Origin: an uncultured virus (IMG/VR IMGVR_UViG_3300037493_005562)
Taxonomy: Duplodnaviria > Heunggongvirae > Uroviricota > Caudoviricetes
Direction: 5' to 3' (one strand)
DNA: 64,000 nucleotides
IMG/VR virus record: IMGVR_UViG_3300037493_005562
Shown here: positions 1 through 8,044 of the stretch, in pieces
How the letters are laid out: each line of letters starts with the position of its first letter
How positions within the stretch are numbered: the stretch's first letter is position 1
Notes under the pieces: generated by a model
What the model was told of the DNA's origin: nothing
Database searches by the model: none
What the model saw: the letters and a program-made list of their open reading frames with translations, nothing else
Program-made: the position numbers and the translations under genes

Positions 1-38
1 CTTCAAAGGCCAACTGGATCACCAGAACCACACCCCGA
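1..38 (-). tRNA. tRNA-Gln(TTG), 5' part only (truncated by window edge)
   Basis: Reverse complement TCGGGGTGTGGTTCTGGTGATCCAGTTGGC-CTTTGAA-G: acceptor, D arm and anticodon loop visible. Confidence 0.7.
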
Positions 39-43
39 TGAAG

Positions 44-118
44 TGCGGGAGACAGGACTCGAACCTGCACGATAGCCACGTTCCGAACGTGGTGGCCTAG
101 CCCTTGGCCCACTCCCGC
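44..118 (-). tRNA. tRNA-Pro(CGG)
   Basis: Cloverleaf; anticodon arm CCACG-TTCGGAA-CGTGG; T loop TTCGAGT. Confidence 0.9.
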
Positions 119-122
119 AAGA

Positions 123-200
123 TGGAGACCGATCCGGGACTCGAACCCGAACAACTGGTTTTGCAAACCTGTGGCCGCTCCACGGCGACACCGACCGGTC
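123..200 (-). tRNA. tRNA-Cys(GCA)
   Basis: Loop TTGCAAA, U73 discriminator, encoded CCA. Confidence 0.88.
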
Positions 201-207
201 ATGAATA

Positions 208-279
208 TTGGGGATAGATGAATCGAACATCTGCCTGCGGTTTCAGAGACCGCCGTACTACCATTATACAGAATCCCCA
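208..279 (-). tRNA. tRNA-Gln(CTG)
   Basis: GCGGT-CTCTGAA-ACCGC; TGGGGAT/ATCCCCA acceptor. Confidence 0.9.
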
Positions 280-287
280 ATGAATAC

Positions 288-365
288 TGGTGGGCGCAGC
301 AGGGCTCGAACCTGCGCATTTCCCGGTTATCAGCCGAGTGCCTTTACCAACTTGGCCACACGCCC
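288..365 (-). tRNA. tRNA-Ile(GAT)
   Basis: CTCGG-CTGATAA-CCGGG; encoded CCA. Confidence 0.92.
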
Positions 366-379
366 ATGAAAGAAACAAA

Positions 380-453
380 TGGCGGGAACGGCAAGAATCG
401 AACTTGCAATCGGCACCTTAACAGGGTGCTGCTAACCATTCAGCTTCGTTCCC
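380..453 (-). tRNA. tRNA-Asn(GTT)
   Basis: GCACC-CTGTTAA-GGTGC; encoded CCA. Confidence 0.9.
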
Positions 454-458
454 GAGAA

Positions 459-536
459 TGGAAGCGGGAGTGAGACTTGAACTCACGTGGAACAGGGTAT
501 GAGCCTGTGCTGGGGCCAACTCCAGTCTATCCCGCA
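459..536 (-). tRNA. tRNA-Met/Ile2(CAT)
   Basis: ACAGG-CTCATAC-CCTGT; unpaired 1:72; encoded CCA; Met versus Ile2 identity not resolved. Confidence 0.85.
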
Positions 537-541
537 ACAAA

Positions 542-616
542 TGGTGTTCCCACGGAGAATTGAACTCCGGTTTCCGGATTGAGAATCCAGCGTCCTTGCC
601 GCTAGACGATGGGAAC
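542..616 (-). tRNA. tRNA-Glu(CTC)
   Basis: CTGGA-TTCTCAA-TCCGG; encoded CCA. Confidence 0.92.
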
Positions 617-624
617 GTGAAGAA

Positions 625-696
625 TACGGGTGAGAGGGATCGAACCTCCGACCTGCTGGTTCCAAACCAGCCGCGCTCCCCCTGCGCTACACCCGT
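625..696 (-). tRNA. tRNA-Pro(TGG)
   Basis: GCTGG-TTTGGAA-CCAGC. Confidence 0.9.
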
Positions 697-707
697 GTGA
701 AGAGAAC

Positions 708-782
708 GGTGGGGTCGAGGGGGGTCGAACCCCTGTCTCTCGACTTAAAAGGACGGTGCTCTGCCGATTGAGCTACGACCCC
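708..782 (-). tRNA. tRNA-Lys(TTT)
   Basis: Loop CTTTTAA; canonical D and T arms; anticodon stem has mismatches. Confidence 0.85.
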
Positions 783-845
783 AGAGGTTTGGAGTCGTCG
801 GATTTTCGTGGCATCGCTGTCTCCGTGTCTGGGGTTGTGGGTGAA

Positions 846-921
846 TGGTGGGCAGCATCGGGCTCGAACCGATCGTCACCGGATTAAGAGTCCGGGGCTT
901 CACCATGGTAGCAAGCTGCCC
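846..921 (-). tRNA. tRNA-Lys(CTT)
   Basis: CCGGA-CTCTTAA-TCCGG; encoded CCA. Confidence 0.9.
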
Positions 922-932
922 ATGAACGAAAA

Positions 933-1010
933 TGGCGGTACGTACGGGATTTGAACCCGTGATCTCCAGCGTGACAGGCTAGCGGCCACTCCAGACTGGC
1001 CCAACGTACC
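933..1010 (-). tRNA. tRNA-Asp(GTC)
   Basis: CTAGC-CTGTCAC-GCTGG; encoded CCA. Confidence 0.92.
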
Positions 1011-1021
1011 GTAAGAAAAAG

Positions 1022-1097
1022 TGGGGTGAGTGAGGGGACTTGAACCCCCTCCACAGGCTTCACAGGCCCGCGCTCTACCGGTTAAGCTACACCCACC
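1022..1097 (-). tRNA. tRNA-His(GTG)
   Basis: CGGGC-CTGTGAA-GCCTG; G-1:C73; encoded CCA. Confidence 0.92.
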
Positions 1098-1109
1098 ACA
1101 AGAAAAGAA

Positions 1110-1182
1110 TGCCCACACGCGGACTCGAACCGCGAATCTTCGGCTTCGGAGGCCAACGCTCTATCCATTGAGCCATGTGGGC
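1110..1182 (-). tRNA. tRNA-Arg(CCG)
   Basis: TTGGC-CTCCGAA-GCCGA. Confidence 0.9.
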
Positions 1183-1193
1183 GAGATTGAGAG

Positions 1194-1290
1194 TGTACCC
1201 GGCGAGAGAGCGTCGTTGTTAGGCGACACATCTCCCGCCGGGAGTCACTACCCACATCGGATGGCGCCGACGTGGGGTTTCTCTCGTACA
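1194..1290 (-). ncRNA. Unknown structured RNA (three-way junction) inside tRNA array 1
   Basis: TGTAC/GTACA closing stem, 10-bp hairpin CCCACGTCGG/CCGATGTGGG and long hairpin CCCGGCGGGAGA..TCTCTCGCCGGG; no T loop. Confidence 0.5.
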
Positions 1291-1328
1291 ATCGATCTGG
1301 AGTTTTCAAGGAACTTGAAACATGAAGA

Positions 1329-1407
1329 TGGTGGGGAAAGCGGGAGTCGAACCCGCACTATTCCTGATTCGTAATCAGGTGGCCTGTCCAATTGGCCGGA
1401 TTTCCCC
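1329..1407 (-). tRNA. tRNA-Arg(ACG), first gene of array 1
   Basis: CCTGA-TTACGAA-TCAGG; encoded CCA. Confidence 0.9.
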
Positions 1408-1425
1408 ATGTCGTTTTCGGGGCCC

Positions 1426-1469
1426 AAAAACCAGAAACCCCGGTCGCTCTTTCGAGGGACCGGGGTTCC
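1426..1469 (-). terminator. Attenuator terminator upstream of tRNA array 1
   Basis: GGAACCCCGGTC-CCTC-GAAA-GAGC-GACCGGGGTTTC followed by TGGTTTTT. Confidence 0.85.
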
Positions 1470-1494
1470 GAGTGGCTGGGCTTCCTTTCGGTTG

Positions 1495-1692
1495 CTACTC
1501 CAGCTTCTCTCCCTGGTCCCGCGTCGCGGGCTTCTCGTCGCGCTCTTCGCGCCCGATACCATGGCCGATGGTATTCATCGGGATGGCGGCGTCTTGCGTT
1601 CCCTGCGCGCGGCCAACACACGGACACACGTCGACGACGGCCGCGGTTTTGACCGTGACTGGCGTGTTCGTGATGTTGCGGGTGAAGGACAC
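1495..1692 (-). CDS. Putative attenuation leader peptide of tRNA array 1 (65 aa)
   Basis: GTG start after GAGGT; lies between promoter and terminator; its 3' end forms the antiterminator arm; codons match array-1 anticodons. Confidence 0.75.
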   Translation of the reverse strand: MSFTRNITNTPVTVKTAAVVDVCPCVGRAQGTQDAAIPMNTIGHGIGREERDEKPATRDQGEKLE

Positions 1693-1784
1693 GGTAGGCG
1701 AACCTCGAATGAAGGGATTGTGGGAGACCGTGCTATCCGGCCCGTCGAGCGGGTCAATCGGTAGGCGATGTCTCTCGTGCTTTT

Positions 1785-1813
1785 AAGGTACTCGATACGG
1801 TTACGGGGCGCAA
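1785..1813 (-). promoter_or_regulatory. Sigma70-type promoter of tRNA array 1
   Basis: TTGCGC-N17-TACCTT; 27/28 nt identical (1788-1815) to the array-2 promoter (27505-27532). Confidence 0.8.
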
Positions 1814-2093
1814 GGCGACATCGAAAGAAAGTACATGTGTTGGCGATCGAAGCCGGAAAGTTCGCGTCTATACCGACAGGGGTGAGGGTAACGCTGAACA
1901 GGGGCCAGACACCCCCAGGCGTCACGATGAAGAACCCACGCGCTCCAGGATCTGGTGAGTAAACGGCAAAGGCCCCATCAGCGCCAAGGGCGTCGGAGCG
2001 CGTGTCCCAAGCCTCCCCGCACGTCTTCTGTCCTGTAAGGCTTGCTATCAGGCTTCGTAGCCACTCGACATCCTGGTTGATCATCCGCGTCTC

Positions 2094-3120
2094 CTACAGG
2101 TCGTAGATCGTGACCGGGATCCCCTGCGCAAGCAGCTCGTCCCGAATGATGGGCTCGATCAAGGTCCAGTCCCCGCCCGCGAGCCGCGACCGACATGTGC
2201 AGCAACCTTTTCGCAAAGGTCTACGAAGTAGTCCATGGTGTAGACATTCTTCATGATGTTGATGTGCTTGTGGACCCACTGGACATTACCTTCGACATAC
2301 CCGACGGAGCTGTCAATACGGTCCAGGGAGGCTGAGGTTCTGCTGTTCTTTCCGGCCGAAAAATTCAGGGGTTGACCCGAAAGAGCACAACGCTGCCCTT
2401 GCTTCTCAAAGAGGCCCCAGGCGTACTCCTTAGAGATAGCAAAGGCCAGTCCACGCTCCCTAGCGCGCAGCTCGTAACCTCTCCAGAAATTTGCCGAAAT
2501 TCCTTTGAATCCTTTGAACCCAGGATTGTTCTCCCCAGAATTTCGAGCGTACTGGTCTCGGCGACACCCACAGGATGTTGTTGCTCCCCTCTTCAGTGAG
2601 GGGGCAAGCACGGGGTGCTCCTCCTTCCCGCAGTTTAAGCACCTGCAAACTGCAAAATAAACGCCCCTTTTAGCTGCGTATTCAGTTTTGCCAACTTGCT
2701 CCATGCGCAGCACTTCGAGATATCCGAAGCGACGACCCGTCAAGTCTTCTAGCGGTGGCTTTCGATTGCGAGGGCGACACCCGCAACTGCTGCTAGTGCC
2801 CCGTCGCAGGTTTTCTGGGTAGTAGGTCTTGACGACTCCGCAATCACAACGACCCACTACGTGGTACAGCGAGCCTTTCTTTTCCATACCGATAGCCTCG
2901 ATCATACCAAAGCGCTGTCCGGTAAGATCCTTATGCGTCTGACCCATTACCCCCCCCCTGTGGAGTATGTTAACTCCGTCTTTCACGGGTGTACAGAGGG
3001 GTACCAGGGCGTGATGTTTGTAGACGCGTCGTTCACGATGTGCACGAGCACCATTGGCTTGGGCTTGCCGGGGGCGGCGAAGGGGTCGGTGGCGTCGCCG
3101 GTAAGGTAGGTGATGTTCAC
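2094..3120 (-). pseudogene. Macrodomain (Poa1p/TARG1-like) gene remnant split by an endonuclease gene
   Basis: N-terminus VNITYLTGDATDP...VLVHIVND (3120-3020) and C-terminus LAGGDWTLIEPIIRDELLAQGIPVTIYDL (~2185-2094); centre missing. Confidence 0.7.
2159..2947 (-). CDS. Homing endonuclease-like protein (two DLTGxRFG/CxC repeats plus HNH-like domain)
   Basis: DLTGQRFG..CDCG..SCGC repeated twice; SLDRIDSSVGYVEGNVQWVHKHINIMK. Confidence 0.8.
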   Translation of the reverse strand: MGQTHKDLTGQRFGMIEAIGMEKKGSLYHVVGRCDCGVVKTYYPENLRRGTSSSCGCRPRNRKPPLEDLTGRRFGYLEVLRMEQVGKTEYAAKRGVYFAVCRCLNCGKEEHPVLAPSLKRGATTSCGCRRDQYARNSGENNPGFKGFKGISANFWRGYELRARERGLAFAISKEYAWGLFEKQGQRCALSGQPLNFSAGKNSRTSASLDRIDSSVGYVEGNVQWVHKHINIMKNVYTMDYFVDLCEKVAAHVGRGSRAGTGP

Positions 3121-3431
3121 TTCTTGACGCTCACGATGTCCCGTTGCGGCCGACGGACAGCCGTGTGGAGATCGTTGAACAGCGAATTCATGGCGAGTTC
3201 GTCGGTGGTTGCTGCCCCCATGTCTTCTGTGAAGCCAGAGCCGTGTGTGTTGGTCCACGACTCCCAAAGGCCGGTCCTCGTGTTGATGGTCAACGAGCCG
3301 CCGTGGTGGCTGCTAGGAGGTCGTCGACCTAGAGAGGCCCACGCCCGCTCTTCGACGATGCGGAGACACTCATCGAGCGAGACTTCAACGTCCACGTTGT
3401 GTTGGGTGACAGAGGCTTTGGTGCGCGGCAT
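3117..3431 (-). CDS. Hypothetical protein
   Basis: ORF in tightly packed operon, RBS-like GGAG. Confidence 0.6.
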   Translation of the reverse strand: MPRTKASVTQHNVDVEVSLDECLRIVEERAWASLGRRPPSSHHGGSLTINTRTGLWESWTNTHGSGFTEDMGAATTDELAMNSLFNDLHTAVRRPQRDIVSVKK

Positions 3432-3764
3432 TTAGGCTCCCTGCTGAAGGATGTACAACACGTCGCTGAGCGCGGTCGTGACCTCGCCGATGGCGTAAGT
3501 GCGTCCCGGGTCCAAAGGATGTGCCTTGACCCTCTGAACAAACAGCGTGTGATGTCCAGGTGTACGTTGACGTTTGAACGTGAAGCCCTGCACCGTTACG
3601 CTGTCGCCCACAACAAGGCCGTATAGCACTTCGCGTTCGAACAGGTAGATTTCGTCGGGGCTCATCTTCTTAGGAACCCAACGCAACCCAGGCTGAGCAG
3701 AAGATGCTGCCACCCCGTCCATAACATCCGCGTCGTCGCCGTCGTTTCGACCGTGCCCACTCAT
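3432..3764 (-). CDS. Hypothetical protein
   Basis: AAGGAG RBS before MSGHGRND. Confidence 0.6.
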   Translation of the reverse strand: MSGHGRNDGDDADVMDGVAASSAQPGLRWVPKKMSPDEIYLFEREVLYGLVVGDSVTVQGFTFKRQRTPGHHTLFVQRVKAHPLDPGRTYAIGEVTTALSDVLYILQQGA

Positions 3765-3798
3765 CGTTGCTCCTTGAAACTGGTAGAGGGATCTCCCG

Positions 3799-4512
3799 TC
3801 ACTTGGCGTAATCGTCGCAGATGATCGCCGACCCAACGAACTTCGGACCCTCGTACAGGTTGATGACACGGCTCACGTGGGCCAAGTGCTTGTGCGGCGC
3901 GTTGGGTACCAGGAAGCGGATCGAACAGGGGATGCTGTCCCCGAGGGTCTTCTCACCCTCGTTGTCCTCATCGAAGTCGAGATGCACCGACCACATCTCA
4001 TCGTTCACGAGGGTCGTGCAGGCGTACGACGCTCCAGACACGGGTGTCTTCCGACCCCCTTCGGCCAGGAACGTGACCCGGGCGGGGGCTGCGCAGAACG
4101 TCATCAGCCACGCAGTGTCTCCGTAGGGTTTGTCGTCCTTCGTGAGCGGGATCGTGTCCGCGGCCATTCGCAACATCGCGCGCCAGGACAAACGCTCGTC
4201 CTGCTTTTCGAGCATCCTCGAAGTGTGCGCCTTCATCTCGAACGTGCCCGTGGCGAAGAGCTTGAAGAGCAGCAGCGTCTCGAACTGGAGAAAGCCACAG
4301 GTGTAGGCGATCCACAGGAGCACGCCCCGGTACCCGTCCGTCTTCGGGTCCCGCAGCAGCTTCGAGATCGCCCGGTCCAGGGCCCTGCCCTGGGTCTCGT
4401 CCCCGGTTTCCAGGTACTCGTCCATCAACGAGATGGCGGTCTCTTTCCGGGTGGCGGGGTCGTCCGTGGACAGAAGGAGGGTGATGCGAGGATCTGGATC
4501 GGAACTGTTCAC
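3799..4512 (-). CDS. Hypothetical protein
   Basis: GTGA start/stop overlap with upstream gene; GC3-biased codons. Confidence 0.6.
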   Translation of the reverse strand: MNSSDPDPRITLLLSTDDPATRKETAISLMDEYLETGDETQGRALDRAISKLLRDPKTDGYRGVLLWIAYTCGFLQFETLLLFKLFATGTFEMKAHTSRMLEKQDERLSWRAMLRMAADTIPLTKDDKPYGDTAWLMTFCAAPARVTFLAEGGRKTPVSGASYACTTLVNDEMWSVHLDFDEDNEGEKTLGDSIPCSIRFLVPNAPHKHLAHVSRVINLYEGPKFVGSAIICDDYAK

Positions 4513-5720
4513 TTCGTGCCTCCTAGAACCCGAATCGAAGTTCCGACACGAGGCCACGCACCGTTGCGCGCGACACCGTGCTCGATCTGGTCGCGGGCGT
4601 TGTCTTTGTCCGTCCCCAAGTACAGATGCCTTGGATCACAACACCCGGCACTCCCGCGCCCGCAACGGTGGAGTACGTGGATCCTTGGGGGGACCTCACC
4701 CACATAGAGAGTGTACGCGAGTCGATGGGTCAAATAGCTCTGGCCCCTATAGTTGAGGTAGCCGTACCCCGCGCTGTGCTTCTTGCCTGTGTACACGAGG
4801 CACCCTTCTGGATCTACAGCGCATTCTCGACGTAACCGTTCAACCAGGACAGCTTTGTCGGTGTCCGAAAGAAGCAACGGCTTCGCAGGCTCCTTTTTAC
4901 GGGGCCCGGTCGGGGCCTCGACCGGCGTTTGAGGCTTGTCGAGTTCGCCGCGTACGATACAGCCCACGACGTTGCCGGACAGGCCGTACTTGCGACCCAA
5001 GCTCCGGTGCGACTGGATAGGGTCTATCACATATTCCGCCTGGATGGCCCGACGCGTCTCTTCAGGTACTTTGGTTTCCCCACGGCGCGACTCGATCTTC
5101 CGACGCTCTCCCCGACGGAGCCTCGAAATGTTCTTCTGCGATGTTCCCCATTTTTTGGCGAGAACGGATGCTGGTTCCTGAGACGTACGAATATCGTTAA
5201 CCGCCTCGACGGAAAGCTCGGCGCGTCGCGGAAGCGGATCGGGCAGGTGCCAATACGTTGTTCCGTTCAGGGCACGAGCCATCGAAGATATAGCAACACC
5301 CGCTTCTCGCGCGAGGTCTCCGACGCGGACATTCTCGTCCCGGTATCTTCGACGTGCTTCAGTGACAGCCTCGTCGGTCATCTTTGCTCGACCGGCTCGC
5401 TCTCCGGGGGGTCGAGGAAGACGTCCGCGCTCAACGCAATCGCGCATGTTGTCTACTGCGGTACCCAGTTCCAAGTGCTCGACGTTGACGCACACTGGAC
5501 GATCGCACTTGTGACGTAGGTAAAGTCTCTTGTCTGGCTTGGGACCATGACGCTGTTCCCACAGGATACGTGCGACCTTGATGCCTCCTTGGGGGCCCGG
5601 TATACGACCGTACCCCCAATCGTCGACGTAACCCGTCCAGTCGTGGCACGCGGTACCGAGCCTTGGGTGGATGGGTCCCTCGGTGTTGATGAGCGAAGCC
5701 ACATCAGAGGACGTCTTCAC
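4509..5720 (-). CDS. HNH endonuclease with two HNH domains flanking HTH-like repeats
   Basis: CHDWTG..GYG..RHKCDRPVCVNVEHLELGTAVDNMRD and CLVYTG..GYG..HRLAY..LHRCG..CCDPRHLYLGTDKDNARD. Confidence 0.85.
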   Translation of the reverse strand: MKTSSDVASLINTEGPIHPRLGTACHDWTGYVDDWGYGRIPGPQGGIKVARILWEQRHGPKPDKRLYLRHKCDRPVCVNVEHLELGTAVDNMRDCVERGRLPRPPGERAGRAKMTDEAVTEARRRYRDENVRVGDLAREAGVAISSMARALNGTTYWHLPDPLPRRAELSVEAVNDIRTSQEPASVLAKKWGTSQKNISRLRRGERRKIESRRGETKVPEETRRAIQAEYVIDPIQSHRSLGRKYGLSGNVVGCIVRGELDKPQTPVEAPTGPRKKEPAKPLLLSDTDKAVLVERLRRECAVDPEGCLVYTGKKHSAGYGYLNYRGQSYLTHRLAYTLYVGEVPPRIHVLHRCGRGSAGCCDPRHLYLGTDKDNARDQIEHGVARNGAWPRVGTSIRVLGGTK

Positions 5721-6025
5721 GTACGCACCGCTCCCTCGGGAACAAACGCCTCGGGCTTCACGACCCGAAACGTCAGTCGGTCCGCGACGCCCGCGTGATC
5801 GACACACACCAACGCCGCAGCTTTTACGGGCTGCAACAGACGCAGCGCGTGATCCAGAGCCGCGTGTTCGTCCTTGTGAACGCCGTTCACTTCGCAGTAG
5901 CGCGCGAACTGCTCCTCCGCGGGCTCGGGCGGACCCGGCTGCGTAATCTGCCAGAAGGCGTACCTCGTTCCCGTGTCGTTGTAGTCCGCGAGGTCGAGCA
6001 ACTCGATCCAAAACCCCTGTGTCAT
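5717..6025 (-). CDS. Hypothetical protein
   Basis: AGGAGAAGG RBS; operon packing. Confidence 0.6.
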   Translation of the reverse strand: MTQGFWIELLDLADYNDTGTRYAFWQITQPGPPEPAEEQFARYCEVNGVHKDEHAALDHALRLLQPVKAAALVCVDHAGVADRLTFRVVKPEAFVPEGAVRT

Positions 6026-6065
6026 TTTCCTTCTCCTGATTCAGAGTCCCAACTTGTGTAAAGGG

Positions 6066-6362
6066 TCACTTGTCCTCCCGCCAATCGGCGTGGTCCCACG
6101 TGCAGTCCGCCGCGGGCTTCCCGCAGAAGCCGCAGAACTTCTGGGCCTGGGTGGACGGGCGTTCATCGGAAATGACGCGATTGATTTCCCGAATTCGTTC
6201 CGTGTACAGCCTCGCCATCTGCCTGCCGTGCTCATCGTCGCCGAGCCCGTTGGCTTCGAGGGACATCGCCATGTCCTGCAACGCAACGCGAACCGTCATC
6301 GCCTGCGCGGAGTTGAGCAAGTAGCCGTTGATCGTGATGTTGGGCTCAACAGAGATGTTCAT
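6066..6362 (-). CDS. Hypothetical phage protein
   Basis: ATGA overlap with upstream gene; phage-like ITING..AQAMTVRVAL segment. Confidence 0.6.
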   Translation of the reverse strand: MNISVEPNITINGYLLNSAQAMTVRVALQDMAMSLEANGLGDDEHGRQMARLYTERIREINRVISDERPSTQAQKFCGFCGKPAADCTWDHADWREDK

Positions 6363-6682
6363 CTTTTACTCCACTCCCCAACTGTGATCATCGTCTCCGC
6401 CTTCCCCAATTCGACGCCAAGCATCAGCAGCCGCAGGGGTTCCCCGTCAACGTGCCCGGCCATGACCAAACCCTGGACCGTCCCTGCGATCTCCTCAGCG
6501 GTATGACCATCCAATACAAATTCGGGGACGGACAAACGACGGGGGGTAACACCCTTCTCTTTTCTGGGCCCTACCCCTTCGAGTACGTGAAAGTAGTACG
6601 AAGCGCGAATAGAGCCTTCTACGATATCGACGTGCCAAGAGGCCATGTCGTCTTCAGGCGTGAGACCGTTGGGGTGGTTCAT
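6359..6682 (-). CDS. Hypothetical protein (C-terminus similar to 6723-7304)
   Basis: TAEEIA..VDGEPLRLLMLGVELGKAE. Confidence 0.6.
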   Translation of the reverse strand: MNHPNGLTPEDDMASWHVDIVEGSIRASYYFHVLEGVGPRKEKGVTPRRLSVPEFVLDGHTAEEIAGTVQGLVMAGHVDGEPLRLLMLGVELGKAETMITVGEWSKR

Positions 6683-6722
6683 GTCATCTCCTTAGGGTGG
6701 ATCGTGGCTTCATCAGAACGGG

Positions 6723-7304
6723 TCAAGGCTTCATCTCCAACTCGGCCTTGCCCAACGCGATCCCGAGTCGCATCAGGGCCAGGAAGTCCCCGTCGACCAA
6801 GTCGGCCTCGACCTGGACCACGACCTCGTCCGCGGTTCTGCCTGTGACGAAATACTCCATCTTACTGTCGGGCGGGTAGTACCCGACGTAGGTGGCCCGA
6901 AGTTGCTTGACCTTTGGGAGAGGGCGAGTCTGTTCGCCCTCTCGAACGTGCTTGGAGCAAACAGGCAGGACGCGGCGATCGGTTACGGCGCGCATGAGAA
7001 ATGCTGGAGCCCCGCACAAATACCCAGGTTCGGGAGCCACGACCGCGCCACATCGGCCGACGGAGTCCTCCTCCGTGTCGACGACGTCCACGCGCCACGC
7101 ATACCGCGACACTTGTGAGAACGGGGACCCGTACGGTCCGCCGTCACACTCCTCGCAAGGGTGTGATTGACGCTTCTGACCGGACTCCACCGTACATTCC
7201 CCGTCCATGTTGCCGTACTTGCACCCGTGCCGCTTGCAGCAGTGCTCAGTGTGGACGTCCCGGTTGGCCTCGTCTTCGGGCTCGAACTTGATGGGGTAGG
7301 TCAT
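6723..7304 (-). CDS. Hypothetical protein with Cys/His metal-binding motif
   Basis: DVHTEHCCKRHGCKYG..C..CEEC. Confidence 0.65.
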   Translation of the reverse strand: MTYPIKFEPEDEANRDVHTEHCCKRHGCKYGNMDGECTVESGQKRQSHPCEECDGGPYGSPFSQVSRYAWRVDVVDTEEDSVGRCGAVVAPEPGYLCGAPAFLMRAVTDRRVLPVCSKHVREGEQTRPLPKVKQLRATYVGYYPPDSKMEYFVTGRTADEVVVQVEADLVDGDFLALMRLGIALGKAELEMKP

Positions 7305-8044
7305 CGCGTTTCTCCCAAGAAATACGCCTTGGCAACTTGCAGCACGTGCTGCTTACGACTCTCCAAGTCGGGCGACCAGAGCGGTCTCACGATCTGCGCC
7401 CCGCTGTCCACCAGGAGGCCGCGCAGGAGCACGTCGTAGCGCCAGTGGTACATCGGGTCGGGCACGCGCGCCGGGTCGTCCCCGAGCCACTGCCCCGCTG
7501 CCAGGGGGGTGTAGAAGATCACGTCGTAGAGATCCAAGTGCGCGTACGCCCGTTCCTTGAACTCCGCGTCCACCACATCCGGCGCGTGCATCAGTGTGTA
7601 CGCGAGGTCGTCGAGCGTCGTGCGGTCCGTGACGAAGCCAGTGGCTCCGGCAGGTGCTTGGCTCTCGACGTTGACGGGGTGTCGCTCCCACTCGATCTTC
7701 TTCGCCTGGAGCTTCTTCTGGAACAGAGAGCGCACCGTCGGGACGTTGTGTGGGTCGCCCCCACTTTCCCGAATGTTCCGAAGGATGTAGGGGTCGTCGA
7801 AGTGGACCCGGGAGATCCCAGCGGCGTACTCCGCGTCTCCGTTCCGCAGACCGTTCTCGTAGCTTGAGAGGAACGCACGATCCACGGCGTACGGGTCGCC
7901 GTCGCCCTTCTCGTTGACGAACCCCATCTCCTTCGCCATGGAGCGCGAGCCGTGCGGGTTGATCAACAGGTTGAACTGCTCCGCGAGGTACTTGGTGAGG
8001 GTTGTCTTTCCCGTCGCGGAAGCGCCAGCAAAAGCGATTTTCAT
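7301..8044 (-). CDS. P-loop kinase/ATPase, NadR/AAA_28-like
   Basis: IAFAGASATGKTT; FVTDRTTLDDLAY; YDVIFY. Confidence 0.75.
   Translation of the reverse strand: MKIAFAGASATGKTTLTKYLAEQFNLLINPHGSRSMAKEMGFVNEKGDGDPYAVDRAFLSSYENGLRNGDAEYAAGISRVHFDDPYILRNIRESGGDPHNVPTVRSLFQKKLQAKKIEWERHPVNVESQAPAGATGFVTDRTTLDDLAYTLMHAPDVVDAEFKERAYAHLDLYDVIFYTPLAAGQWLGDDPARVPDPMYHWRYDVLLRGLLVDSGAQIVRPLWSPDLESRKQHVLQVAKAYFLGETR

Noticed and set aside
1194..1290. Hammerhead ribozyme
   Set aside because: GAAA is present but there is no CUGANGA core or correct stem I/II arrangement
1..1420. ORF-track proteins overlapping tRNA array 1 (and likewise array 2)
   Set aside because: Spurious translations of tRNA genes
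1575..2084. 169-aa ORF as a full gene
   Set aside because: Its 3' half runs through the tRNA promoter and leader; the 5' part may be coding but I cannot support a call
2159..3020. Group I intron in the macrodomain gene
   Set aside because: Too little non-coding sequence for a ribozyme core, and the middle of the host gene is missing
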